Positions 30,101 through 38,910 of a DNA stretch of 64,000 nucleotides are shown here, piece by piece. The translations under genes and the position numbers were made by a program. Below the pieces are notes generated by a model that worked only from the letters and a program-made list of their open reading frames with translations, had not been told where the DNA came from and searched no databases. How positions within the stretch are numbered: position 1 is the stretch's first letter; the number at the start of each line of letters is the position of its first letter. Origin of the DNA: Candidatus Woesearchaeota archaeon (GTDB lineage Archaea > Nanobdellota > Nanobdellia > Woesearchaeales > GW2011-AR9); contig JACPIK010000002.1 of the NCBI GenBank assembly GCA_016188115.1, positions 680,077-744,076 on the forward strand, read 5' to 3'.

Positions 30101-32878
30101 AGAAATATCTCTTCCAGCAATAAGACCCTCAGATCCAGGGGGTTGATAAACAACAAGTCTTTCAGATTTTTCTAGCCCACCTAATAATTTATTCGCGGAA
30201 CGAAGATGAAATACGCCTACTTGTTCATCACGAGGAACTTGTTCACTAGGATCCATAAAAAAGACAGTATCACTTCCATCTCCTTTAGTCCAACATTTTG
30301 CAACATCTTTAGTGTCTATAGTTAAACCAGTAGAATCTGCTTTCAATCTTTCCTGACAATTCTCCAATGGAATCAATGGTGCACCACGTCCCGTCACCGC
30401 GCATGCATTCTGCTCCTGTATGACATTATTAATCTGTTCTTCAGTCTTATCCTCTGTCCATCCAGCAGGAACAGCACGGCAAAATGCGCGATCACACGTC
30501 CAACGATATGCTGTATCCAACGCTGCTTCAAATTTCCACGCCGTTGTCGTCGAATCACACTGCTCATCAAGAGTATGCGCTTTTGTGTTAGGACCATCAA
30601 CAAGACCCCCATCAGCCTCATACCAATCTACAACCGCTTGAGGTAAATCTTTTTTATATTGTTCATCAGCTTTGATAAGAGCATACCAATTCTCCAGCGT
30701 TTCACGCATATACAAATTATTTTGTTTAAGCGGACATTTACCGCTGCTATCAAACCCTTCCCCTTTCTGCTTCGCTTTTGCTTCAGGTTTTGCTAATTCA
30801 AAATATGATTCTAAACGTGATGTTGCCACACGCACACCACGACTTACCCATCTTCCTAAGAAAGACGCAATACAACTTACTCCCGTAATCAAATAGGCTG
30901 TTTCGACATACTCACGCGCAGTTTGTAATTGGGTAATTGTCCAATTTAATGCTGCAACACCATCATTCGCAATAAAGTCCGGAATTAAATCAGCGCTATC
31001 AACAGGAATATCCACAAAATACCCAATATCTTGACAAGTAGTTTGGGTTTTAGTTCCACTCCATTTATCCTCTCCACCCTCGGCTTTGCCTTCCCGTTCT
31101 TCGTATTCAATAGAAATCTTAATAGGAAACATTAATTGCCGTTTCTTAAAATCATTCCAAAAATCGTCTTCTTTCTTACTAAATTCCGCAGCCCCAATCA
31201 GTGTCCACGTTGCATAGACCGCTTCCTCACCTTTCAATGGTCGAGTAGAACCCGGCATAAGTTGACAACCAAGACCAAATTTCTCATCTTCTTGCATTGA
31301 TTGCGTACACGCTTTCTCAATACGCACATTCTTTATTCTATAAGCTCGTTCATAGACTTCCCCACTTTTATCAAGTACCGGCGTGCCTTGACCTAAATAA
31401 TTAAACTTAAAGACTGCTTGAATTTCCTGACGCCCTTCATCAAGTAATGTTGGATTCAACGCATACGGTGTTTGGAATTTAACCATATTCTCAACACCAA
31501 ACGCCAGATCGCCCGACGCGCAGGAATTAACATTAACCGTTCGCTGCCACGAAATTGATTTACCGCTTTCGTCTTCCGCAATTAAAAAGACATGATATGT
31601 TGCCTGTTGTGCTGCAGCAACTGCTTCCTGAATAGGAAAAATAGTATATTCTAACAACTGGATGGGAACTTCTCGAGGTGTTAATTTTTTAGCCGTAAGT
31701 TGATCACGCAAAGATAAAGAAAAATCAACATCTTTAAAGCGAAACGACCCATTTTGATCTGCTTCGACAACTTTTACTGCACGACTAAAATCAGGATGAA
31801 ATTCGTATCCTTGCGGTCGATAAATGTACAAGTACACTTTTGCTCCAGGTTCTGTTTCTCCTGAAATGGAAGATTCAGCTCGACCTTCATAAAATTGATA
31901 TCCCTTCTCTATCTCTGCGCGTAACGTGGGAGCGCGCGTATCCGCTTTCACTAAAAACTGCTTCTCGCTTTGCCATCCAGCCCGATCCGCTGCCACAACC
32001 ACAATAGTATTATCGCCTTCTTGTAAGCTTACTTCCAAAGAAAAGAAAGTAGTAGGAGGACTTTGCGCAACAGAACGATTGTTAACAAATATTTCCACGC
32101 TTGAATTTTCGCTAATTGTCCCATTAAGAACGATCCGATTCTCATTTGCAAATTCTTCAATAGGAATCAATTGAACCACAGGTTTGTGAGTATCGGCAAA
32201 AACCACAGTAGTAGTATTAGCTTTATTGCCAAAGGCATCAGTTGCTTCAATAAAAATAAGATTTTCTTTTTCTGCATCAAGTGTAATTCCACTCACTTTG
32301 AACTCACCATCAGTAACACCAGAACTTGCACCAACTGCCTGCGTGCTTGCGCCCAATCGACCATTTACAAGTACCCGTACACTTGCTCCATTCTCTGCTG
32401 TTCCATTAAAAGAAAGAGAAGTACCTTGGATAACTTCCGGTAGCACGACCACCACTCCTGAAGTAGAAAGATCCTGCGCTGCTGTTTGAAATGAATAATA
32501 ACTTCCCTGCGCATCATCAACCACATCACCGCTTTGCACTTTATATTGATACGTCGTTTGGGAACTAAGACCAGACAAAGGCAATCGATGCTCAATAACC
32601 TCATCAGCATCACCACGTCGCACAAACTCAGCAGGATCAGTGCCAAACTCAACAAAACTATTTGCCGCTTCATCAGTTTCCCATGCAAGTATTGCGCTAT
32701 CCTGCGTAACATTTTCAGCACGCACATGAGATATCTCAAGCGCAGAAACCAACGTCGTATTCACCAGTAAAAAGAGCACACCAAGTACCATTATCTTCCA
32801 AGCAGTACTACTAACGTAACTACCCCTGTAACTTCTTGCGTGACTACTCGTGTGTTTTGTTTTTACCATGTTAATCAT
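27119..32878 (-). CDS. Giant secreted protein with FN3-like and Ig-like N-terminal domains and a long Cys-rich region
   Basis: Signal peptide; AILAWETDE..FVEFG..L.GL...TYQYKV (FN3-like); GTAENGASV and GETEPGAKV Ig repeats; many Cys downstream. Confidence 0.75.
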   Translation of the reverse strand: MINMVKTKHTSSHARSYRGSYVSSTAWKIMVLGVLFLLVNTTLVSALEISHVRAENVTQDSAILAWETDEAANSFVEFGTDPAEFVRRGDADEVIEHRLPLSGLSSQTTYQYKVQSGDVVDDAQGSYYSFQTAAQDLSTSGVVVVLPEVIQGTSLSFNGTAENGASVRVLVNGRLGASTQAVGASSGVTDGEFKVSGITLDAEKENLIFIEATDAFGNKANTTTVVFADTHKPVVQLIPIEEFANENRIVLNGTISENSSVEIFVNNRSVAQSPPTTFFSLEVSLQEGDNTIVVVAADRAGWQSEKQFLVKADTRAPTLRAEIEKGYQFYEGRAESSISGETEPGAKVYLYIYRPQGYEFHPDFSRAVKVVEADQNGSFRFKDVDFSLSLRDQLTAKKLTPREVPIQLLEYTIFPIQEAVAAAQQATYHVFLIAEDESGKSISWQRTVNVNSCASGDLAFGVENMVKFQTPYALNPTLLDEGRQEIQAVFKFNYLGQGTPVLDKSGEVYERAYRIKNVRIEKACTQSMQEDEKFGLGCQLMPGSTRPLKGEEAVYATWTLIGAAEFSKKEDDFWNDFKKRQLMFPIKISIEYEEREGKAEGGEDKWSGTKTQTTCQDIGYFVDIPVDSADLIPDFIANDGVAALNWTITQLQTAREYVETAYLITGVSCIASFLGRWVSRGVRVATSRLESYFELAKPEAKAKQKGEGFDSSGKCPLKQNNLYMRETLENWYALIKADEQYKKDLPQAVVDWYEADGGLVDGPNTKAHTLDEQCDSTTTAWKFEAALDTAYRWTCDRAFCRAVPAGWTEDKTEEQINNVIQEQNACAVTGRGAPLIPLENCQERLKADSTGLTIDTKDVAKCWTKGDGSDTVFFMDPSEQVPRDEQVGVFHLRSANKLLGGLEKSERLVVYQPPGSEGLIAGRDISCQEACTDPYKGRYGGEFKTDSDLGHLGKGCYKEGKDESGITQLYDKNGKKLGTVDKTERYATGYTKDCFIESFTENKEPEFYQCVCMGKKPDASIEPSGDRSLRTAVEIGKYKPGVEEEWFYREERIFKESNGKFGTNYPTIRYYHGRDFSGAFGQDYLIDYIRGEDKQVAKVDPHAGLIESVQTMCTSGILKHMVMIESILVGLRNCLVEAKYTGLYDAGACKTWFSQNVCGLVYKGVAAMLTSCTPSNFDDIGKGGAFEDIGVVLKEGTQGMSSALQSSVNDIKSDYGNAQLNNYFQGGAQGFAQSMCMAAFGFDFPLFSEDFLLDAAYAFPTHSSVVVAPAFRELSTFNPAKETAIHNYEIGVIVMPGCKITRSQVSLECIGPEDRGFFGVDESCNGKGCDCLRASKAPEFAGEREKIIDTSMNIQGGRMFSVPIETPQRVDSHFRYDHVKVELELDPGENPELCFDKEVLSGRKGVWYQPITDVTPPGVATCTVDAVSGRYDCPELASLFGTGQAAIESPYMECYDKRNDKWVDCRTPNIFVASEHDDIRVRVNLALNGKGMCLRRTVRNLPGVPEVVGAAVIPENVQGTYLKEDVLGPVTETMFGGMSNQLEKVNGAPSNAGCPNQPNYFGSPETVQDRNEFVFSFTQVQNTLVQVTVPADASLTSTSSRNGYSITGGLLQKDGVAAMSLENANAAQFNADGFVISQVIGQPDFSAQPLQCTYRVSKRSVYATQNNWKDVQVVYELLDQDESKGCAFATQVTKQPAIGKNRHVQLVRIQRQPMAIAELGGVHDFFMQENYDRVHEIATEELQKLQGDMSNVMTLYYEILSLIMKGQKQGSIETYAVNIDNLLKYFFLRDYSGDIAAGYDKGSEETDDDDLENTDEFHKIYAYLCEVDKKFNKGVVKYCNEGKVAAAKRALADSSLCGAKGYTLPITDSVYAYKCISATEAKACKISDGVELANFQISAASAATKPILEAQCNSGGGSS

Positions 32879-32894
32879 TTAAGATTGAAATTGT

Positions 32895-34937
32895 TTAAGA
32901 TTGAACCTCAGGAAGAGGGACTGCATAGCTATATTGCGCTAAATCCCCCATTAATTCTAATATCCCCTCCGTTGAGCTATCTGTTGGGACTAATGTGTGA
33001 ATTATAATTTTGTGAGCTTCTTCAAGTTCATCCCATGCTACTGACCAATTTCCTTTATAGCCGCCGATAATTTCACCGCCAACTTCTCCTGCTTCTCCTT
33101 TAAGTAAGAGTACTTCCAAAGGATATGTAAAATCCGCTTCTGCTAAAAATTCAATATTTTGTTGCGATTGTATATGAGGATCAAGCGTCGCAGAAATAAC
33201 TGCTTTTGATTCATGAAAATGCGTTGCGAAGAGATCGCGTTTTGTACGATTTGCATCATAATATAGTGAAACAAACGCCGTAACCTCATCATCTAATGCA
33301 ACTGCGGGACCAACCTGAGTAGGAGACGTAAACGAATGAGTAACGATCTCAATATTTGAAATGGGAAATTTTTGGAGAGGAATTAAGTCAAATTCAACTT
33401 CTGCATCAGGCGTCGTAATGACTCGTTTCCAATCTTCTTTATACCCTTCTTTAGTCGCGCGAACAATCGCGCCGCCGCATTGAGGCACATTAGTACGCGC
33501 CGCCGCAACATCACCCATACCGGCAAAATCATACTGAGTTGAAACAATATTATCGCATTGATAACGCAAACAAGAGTAAGACATCTCAACATTCTCCAAT
33601 GGAACACGCCAATATACCCCTGTTTGCCAATTCTCTACCAATTTATAGGTCTTCATCATCAAAGGAACTGAACCACTTTGACAAAATTCTTCATCACCAT
33701 ATGCCCCAAAGACTCCAGAAACAGCTTGTGTAGGCACCGCATTTCTATTCGCGATATTTCGCGCAAGATGTACTGTAAATGCGGTTTTAAAATCATAACC
33801 CGTCGTTTCATCACGAACATGAACCATAACCGGATAACTCACATCATAGGTAAATTTCCAAGATTGCAAACAGAAAAATGACAAGAGAGCATTTTTCTGC
33901 CCTAACTGATTGCTACGTAAAACTCGACCACTTCGCGGAGTAACATCAAACGAAAAAGGATACGAATCATCAAACGAAAAAACCACTGACACATCATCAT
34001 TAAACAAAATATCATCGCCAATATCCCAAACATAATGATTAGTATAATATGATAAATCTTCAGGATATTCAACAATATCAGTGCCTTTTACCTGCAAACG
34101 CGCAAGGTTATATCGCAACAAATCTTTCAGAGTTTGTTTAACAGTATCAATCTCCCAGCGTTTTGTCCCGCAACTTACTTCAAATCCCGCAACAGGCACA
34201 TCAGGATGTTCTAATGCAATCAAATCCTGTGTCAAATCTTCTAATTTAAGATCACGCAGTTCTCGTTCTACAATTCGCCGAGAAAGATCATAAACACGTT
34301 TAAGTTTGATGTCAGATTCTGCAACGTGATCCACCACTTCAGTAACAACTTCTCCGTTTTTGTCCCGAATGACTAAATGCCATCGCACATTAAAAATGAT
34401 TTTGCTCTCAACAAGTTCTGTGTTAACTTTTACAAGATCCCTCTCTTCAATTTGATAAGTATCGAGTCGATCAGGTTCAAACACACACCCATGAAGTTTT
34501 TGTTCAATTTCCCGATCAAGTTGCATTTTGATTTCATCTAACGTAGGATACATCGTTTGCGTGCCATATGCCCAATATGGAACTAAAGAGAGAGGAGAAG
34601 TACGTAAATGTAAATTAGCATTCTCTGCAATCGAAGAAGGTACAGAAAGATATCCGCCCTGCGCTCCTAAACGGCGAACCGCATCTTCTCCAATAGATTC
34701 AATACAAGAAGTAATGAGTGATTCCACGCGACTTTTCTCCGTGGGAATAATTTCTCCAGGTTTGAAGGTAACTATTTCAGTTTTAATAGCAATAATTAAG
34801 ATAATTGCAAGCAACGCCACTATCCCCAGAATAATAAAAATTGTTACTTGACCCTTCCGTGAACCAGAAAACAAAATAGGAGAAGACCTAATAGTATAGT
34901 TACTACTAAAAACACGATCCAACCTCTTTTTTTGCAT
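32895..34937 (-). CDS. Large pilin-like protein with class III signal peptide
   Basis: RKG-QVTIFIILGIVALLAIILII leader; first gene of the operon, after a TATA element. Confidence 0.7.
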   Translation of the reverse strand: MQKKRLDRVFSSNYTIRSSPILFSGSRKGQVTIFIILGIVALLAIILIIAIKTEIVTFKPGEIIPTEKSRVESLITSCIESIGEDAVRRLGAQGGYLSVPSSIAENANLHLRTSPLSLVPYWAYGTQTMYPTLDEIKMQLDREIEQKLHGCVFEPDRLDTYQIEERDLVKVNTELVESKIIFNVRWHLVIRDKNGEVVTEVVDHVAESDIKLKRVYDLSRRIVERELRDLKLEDLTQDLIALEHPDVPVAGFEVSCGTKRWEIDTVKQTLKDLLRYNLARLQVKGTDIVEYPEDLSYYTNHYVWDIGDDILFNDDVSVVFSFDDSYPFSFDVTPRSGRVLRSNQLGQKNALLSFFCLQSWKFTYDVSYPVMVHVRDETTGYDFKTAFTVHLARNIANRNAVPTQAVSGVFGAYGDEEFCQSGSVPLMMKTYKLVENWQTGVYWRVPLENVEMSYSCLRYQCDNIVSTQYDFAGMGDVAAARTNVPQCGGAIVRATKEGYKEDWKRVITTPDAEVEFDLIPLQKFPISNIEIVTHSFTSPTQVGPAVALDDEVTAFVSLYYDANRTKRDLFATHFHESKAVISATLDPHIQSQQNIEFLAEADFTYPLEVLLLKGEAGEVGGEIIGGYKGNWSVAWDELEEAHKIIIHTLVPTDSSTEGILELMGDLAQYSYAVPLPEVQS

Positions 34938-35152
34938 TAGGTTAATGATAGTTATATAATTTATAAAGCTTGTGCTACCGCCCCGTCTATAACTTTACCT
35001 ATTTTCAACAAATATATTTACCCAGTTCGATTAAAAAAAACAGCATTTAACGAAAGTGCATTTAACATTAAGAATTTTCCTAAAAATGATTAAAAGGGAC
35101 ACAAGAAGAGTATAGAAACAATAGTCTCTTACACAAAATCATCCGAAATATC

Positions 35153-35971
35153 TTATCCTATGTATGTTACATCTTCATCTATATGTTTTGCACCCGGAAC
35201 AGAACCAGACAACATTTCAGAGGTCCATTCCTGCGTTCGTTTAAGCAGCTCTTGTTCCAACGCCACTACATCTTGAGAAAGTTTAGTAACATTAATTTTG
35301 TAAGAATATTTAGTGTTAATAACGCGAATCAATTCACGCGCGCCCGTAACACCCACATACATGGGATGAAGATGAGTCTCTGCTAAAAGAGCAACCGCAG
35401 TTACACCTCGCCGTTTGCCTAAACCCAATAAAACTCCAGAGACGCCAATAATTGGTCCAACGACCTTAAAAATAGACTTTTCCACACCTAATTTTTTTGC
35501 AGTATATTCTTTGAACAACGCCAGATCATTCGCCGTGCAAAAGACTTTGGGCTCTTTAGGAGTTTCTTGCAAACCAATTCCGCCTAACGCAATAACATGA
35601 GAACCGCCAAACTGCTGTACAATTCGCAAAATTTCTTCACAAAAAGTATAACAACCTTCTTCATCAATAGGTTGGATATCCCCCACTAAAATGAGTAAAT
35701 CTCTTTTACCAGATTGAGGTGTGAATTTCTTGTAATAGAGTTCAATTTTAGGTTCATCGATGAGATTATCTTCATTTACAAACACAGAATGAGGAAATTT
35801 ATGAGAGAAAAATGAATACAATTTGACAGCTTTTAACTCCTCAACAAAAAAATCAGCCGTGATTTTACCCACATTACCAATACCGGGTAACCCTTCAATA
35901 AAAACAGGATTAGATAATTTAGGGAGAACTTTAACTTCTTGCACAATCTCCCATTTTGTAGACATAAACAT
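35153..35971 (-). CDS. PAC2-family proteasome assembly chaperone-like protein
   Basis: FIEGLPGIGNVGKI, GDIQP, IALGG, GPIIGVSGVLLG, LAET. Confidence 0.9.
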   Translation of the reverse strand: MFMSTKWEIVQEVKVLPKLSNPVFIEGLPGIGNVGKITADFFVEELKAVKLYSFFSHKFPHSVFVNEDNLIDEPKIELYYKKFTPQSGKRDLLILVGDIQPIDEEGCYTFCEEILRIVQQFGGSHVIALGGIGLQETPKEPKVFCTANDLALFKEYTAKKLGVEKSIFKVVGPIIGVSGVLLGLGKRRGVTAVALLAETHLHPMYVGVTGARELIRVINTKYSYKINVTKLSQDVVALEQELLKRTQEWTSEMLSGSVPGAKHIDEDVTYIG

Positions 35972-36004
35972 CCTGAAGAAAAACCAAGTTTATATAGATT
36001 TGGA

Positions 36005-36412
36005 TTACTTCTCTAAATAAATATCACACAGGAAACCAAGATCTTCTCGACCAATCTTAACATCCCCATCTGAGAGTTCTGCCAATGCCATATCAACTTC
36101 TCGTGCCTGTCGTTGTTGATAGACACTGGATTGTATTGCTTTTAGCAAACCATAACCTGCAACCATCAAACCAACAAAACCACTCAAATACAGTTCATAA
36201 TCTCCACCATCTCTAAGTACACCAAATGAAGTTCCACTAAGTACTGTAGCCGGAAGTGCTGCTCCTAAAGCGCGTGCATAGCATCTTCCATATTCTTTCT
36301 CTTGAACATGCATCCTCCAAAGTGACCCTATAAAAGCCATAGCTTCATCTGGTTCTGATAATTTTTGCCATTGAGTTCGTGCAGCTTCTAATTTTGAGGA
36401 GTCATAAACCAT
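36005..36412 (-). CDS. Hypothetical two-TM membrane protein
   Basis: Two hydrophobic segments; upstream TATA-like element. Confidence 0.55.
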   Translation of the reverse strand: MVYDSSKLEAARTQWQKLSEPDEAMAFIGSLWRMHVQEKEYGRCYARALGAALPATVLSGTSFGVLRDGGDYELYLSGFVGLMVAGYGLLKAIQSSVYQQRQAREVDMALAELSDGDVKIGREDLGFLCDIYLEK

Positions 36413-36602
36413 AAAAATTGAAAAATAGACACTATTTAAAAATGTTACTACCTAGAAGAGACATTACAAAAGTTCTAAAATTAAAGATAAACATTAATAA
36501 ATAGCTCGCAATTTTTTAACAAGTCCTCAAAGTGCCAATGGATGTGTCGGCAGTAAAAAATCATTCTGATTTTTGAGTCGCCACATAGCATAAAAAATTC
36601 AT

Positions 36603-36689
36603 GCGGATGTGTCGGAGTGGTCAAACGAGCTACCTTGAGGGGGTAGTGGCTTAGTGCCTGCGCAGGTTCGAACCCTGTCTTCCGCACCA
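36603..36689 (+). tRNA. tRNA-Leu(GAG), intronless, CCA encoded
   Basis: GCGGATG/CTTCCGC acceptor (one mismatch), CTACC-TTGAGGG-GGTAG anticodon arm, long variable arm, GCAGG-TTCGAAC-CCTGT. Confidence 0.95.
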
Positions 36690-36695
36690 TTTTTT

Positions 36696-37214
36696 ATGAA
36701 AAAAGAACAGTTTGGTATACCCTGGAAAGTTAGTATATTCTTCTTGATCATCATATTACTAGCTTATTTTGCAGCAGAATTAACAATTTTTTATTCAGTC
36801 TCTTTACCAATCATTCTTTTTTTTGTTATTTTTTGTTTTGGAAGTGTATTAGTTTATTATTATTGGTTCCTAAAAAACAAGAAAAAATGGCTATTCTTAT
36901 TTGGTATCTCAGGTTTATTTTTATTTGTTTTAATTTTTTTCTCCAGTGCTTATTCACAATTACCCACTAACTCAACCAATTACATTTCAGATTCTGACAA
37001 TGCCAATTATTCAGAAGAAGGCAATATTACAAATCTAAATTTTAAAGATGCATTTTATTTTTCTACGGTTACATTATCAACAACAGGATATGGAGATATT
37101 ACTCCCCACGGTTATTTTAGAGATTTGGTTATAACTGAGATATTATTAGGAGTTTTCCTAACTGTGTTCACATTAAGTGGGATTTATAGTCTTCTCAAAG
37201 AAGAGAATGAATAA
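36696..37214 (+). CDS. Potassium-channel family protein (pore domain)
   Basis: DAFYFSTVTLSTTGYGDITP selectivity filter; probable ATG at 36696. Confidence 0.88.
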   Translation: MKKEQFGIPWKVSIFFLIIILLAYFAAELTIFYSVSLPIILFFVIFCFGSVLVYYYWFLKNKKKWLFLFGISGLFLFVLIFFSSAYSQLPTNSTNYISDSDNANYSEEGNITNLNFKDAFYFSTVTLSTTGYGDITPHGYFRDLVITEILLGVFLTVFTLSGIYSLLKEENE

Positions 37215-37766
37215 CTATTTCGTTCGACTCACACACCCATTCTCTTCCATCCAAAATCGCCACTCCAAATGTGTATCTCGCGTGATCCCAATGCGAGCCC
37301 CTTTAGCTACCATAAAATTTCTTAATCCGTCATCTAACAGCTTTATCTTCACTCCGGCCTTAGTTCCATTAAATGCCCCATCAATTCCCAATGCTGAACA
37401 TAATTTTCCGGGACCAGAACATAAATCAACAATTTTACTCTTTCCACGCCGCTTTCGCATCTCTTCCAATCCCACGAGTGGTTCTGCCGCGCGAATCAAC
37501 ACTGCCCCCGCATCATCTTTCTCAGTTGTAAAATTCAAACACCAATACATCCCATAAATAAAATAAACATACACATGACCATAGGTATCATACATTAACG
37601 CGCTACGTGACGTTCTCGTAAACGCATGCGACGCCCCATCTCGTTTATACGCCTCTGTTTCAACAATTCGTACCCGACAACCATCAACCTCAATGATTTT
37701 ACCAATCAGTTCTTGCGCAACCACCACTGAATCACGAGCAAAAAACGAAACAGGAAGAGATTTCAT
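37215..37766 (-). CDS. mpg: DNA-3-methyladenine glycosylase (AAG/MPG family)
   Basis: RIVETEAY, YVYFIYGMYWCLN, AVLIRA, SGPGKLC, RIGI. Confidence 0.93.
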   Translation of the reverse strand: MKSLPVSFFARDSVVVAQELIGKIIEVDGCRVRIVETEAYKRDGASHAFTRTSRSALMYDTYGHVYVYFIYGMYWCLNFTTEKDDAGAVLIRAAEPLVGLEEMRKRRGKSKIVDLCSGPGKLCSALGIDGAFNGTKAGVKIKLLDDGLRNFMVAKGARIGITRDTHLEWRFWMEENGCVSRTK

Positions 37767-37832
37767 AACCTCTCAAATCCTCCGAATTATAAAAAAGCAA
37801 CGACCGCATCCAATTAAAATCAGCAACAAAAC

Positions 37833-38507
37833 TCAAATCTGGCTTAAAACCAAACCCACACCATATCCAATCACACCAGCTGCTAACCCGACAAGCGTTA
37901 TCTCCAGCCCAGATTTCCAAGGATTGCGACGAGTGAAATGAGATTTTGCCAACCCCACTGCAAACAAAGCACTAATAGTAAGAAATACCGCAACAACCGC
38001 AGCAAGATCAAGTCCTAAGAATGTAAATGGAATAATCGGAAACAGCGATCCTGTTAAAAACGAGAAAAACATCACCACTGCATTACGTAAAGGATGATCA
38101 AAACGCTGTTGCGAGAGTCCCACTTTTTTTTGAATATAATTTGTTGCAAAAGTATGATTATTATGTTGAAAGTGATATAAAATTGCATGAATTTCATTAT
38201 TATCAAATTTTTCCGCTTTCAAAATTCGTGCCATTTCTTGAAGATGTTGTGAAGGATTTTTTTTAATTTCACGTTTTGCAGAACTAATCTCTTGTTCTTG
38301 AACCTCTCGTTGAGATTTAGCTGAGAGATAACTTCCTGCCGCCATAGAAAACGCGCCTGCAAGCATACTCGAAAGCCCTGCAAGAATAATCCCATATCGA
38401 CCACCACTGCCAATATAAACTCCTAACACTAACCCCAAATTAGAAACTAACCCATCTTCCATACCAAAAACAAAATCACGAATCATGTCCTTGAGATTAT
38501 TCTTCAT
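37833..38507 (-). CDS. VIT1/CCC1 family metal transporter
   Basis: FVFGMEDGLVSNLGLV, AGAFSMAAGSYLS, SFLTGSLFPIIPF. Confidence 0.92.
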   Translation of the reverse strand: MKNNLKDMIRDFVFGMEDGLVSNLGLVLGVYIGSGGRYGIILAGLSSMLAGAFSMAAGSYLSAKSQREVQEQEISSAKREIKKNPSQHLQEMARILKAEKFDNNEIHAILYHFQHNNHTFATNYIQKKVGLSQQRFDHPLRNAVVMFFSFLTGSLFPIIPFTFLGLDLAAVVAVFLTISALFAVGLAKSHFTRRNPWKSGLEITLVGLAAGVIGYGVGLVLSQI

Positions 38508-38803
38508 GAAGAAAGCACCACACTGCAAGTATTCTCAATGCATTTGATTTCACCTTGTCCACAATCAAGTGTTTTTTCTTGGCAATCCATAGAACACATC
38601 ACTGCTGCGCAAGTTGGAGCATAATTTAACCCCACAGCATCCGTTGCATGACAACACGTTGCAGCAACACAATCGCTATCAGTAGAACAATATTTTTCAG
38701 GAGGAACACTGCTCTTTGCTCCAGAACACCCAACAATAAAAAGAACTGCGACCAATAGGAAAGATAAACGAAAAAAGAGACTAAAATTGAGTCGAACCAT
38801 CAT
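38504..38803 (-). CDS. Small Cys-rich lipoprotein-like protein (eight-Cys cluster)
   Basis: IVGC lipobox; CSTDSDCV...CC...C...C..DC...C...C...C. Confidence 0.65.
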   Translation of the reverse strand: MMVRLNFSLFFRLSFLLVAVLFIVGCSGAKSSVPPEKYCSTDSDCVAATCCHATDAVGLNYAPTCAAVMCSMDCQEKTLDCGQGEIKCIENTCSVVLSS

Positions 38804-38910
38804 ATCACCAGATCAAAGAAAGTAATTCAAGATTAAATAAGTTGCGATAAAGAACAGGTAGTAAAGAAAACAGTAATGAACAGTAAAAAATGATTCATTC
38901 CTAAATACAA

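Noticed and set aside
36481-36690. 69-aa ORF, and the GTG-start extension of the K+ channel
   Set aside because: Both overlap tRNA-Leu
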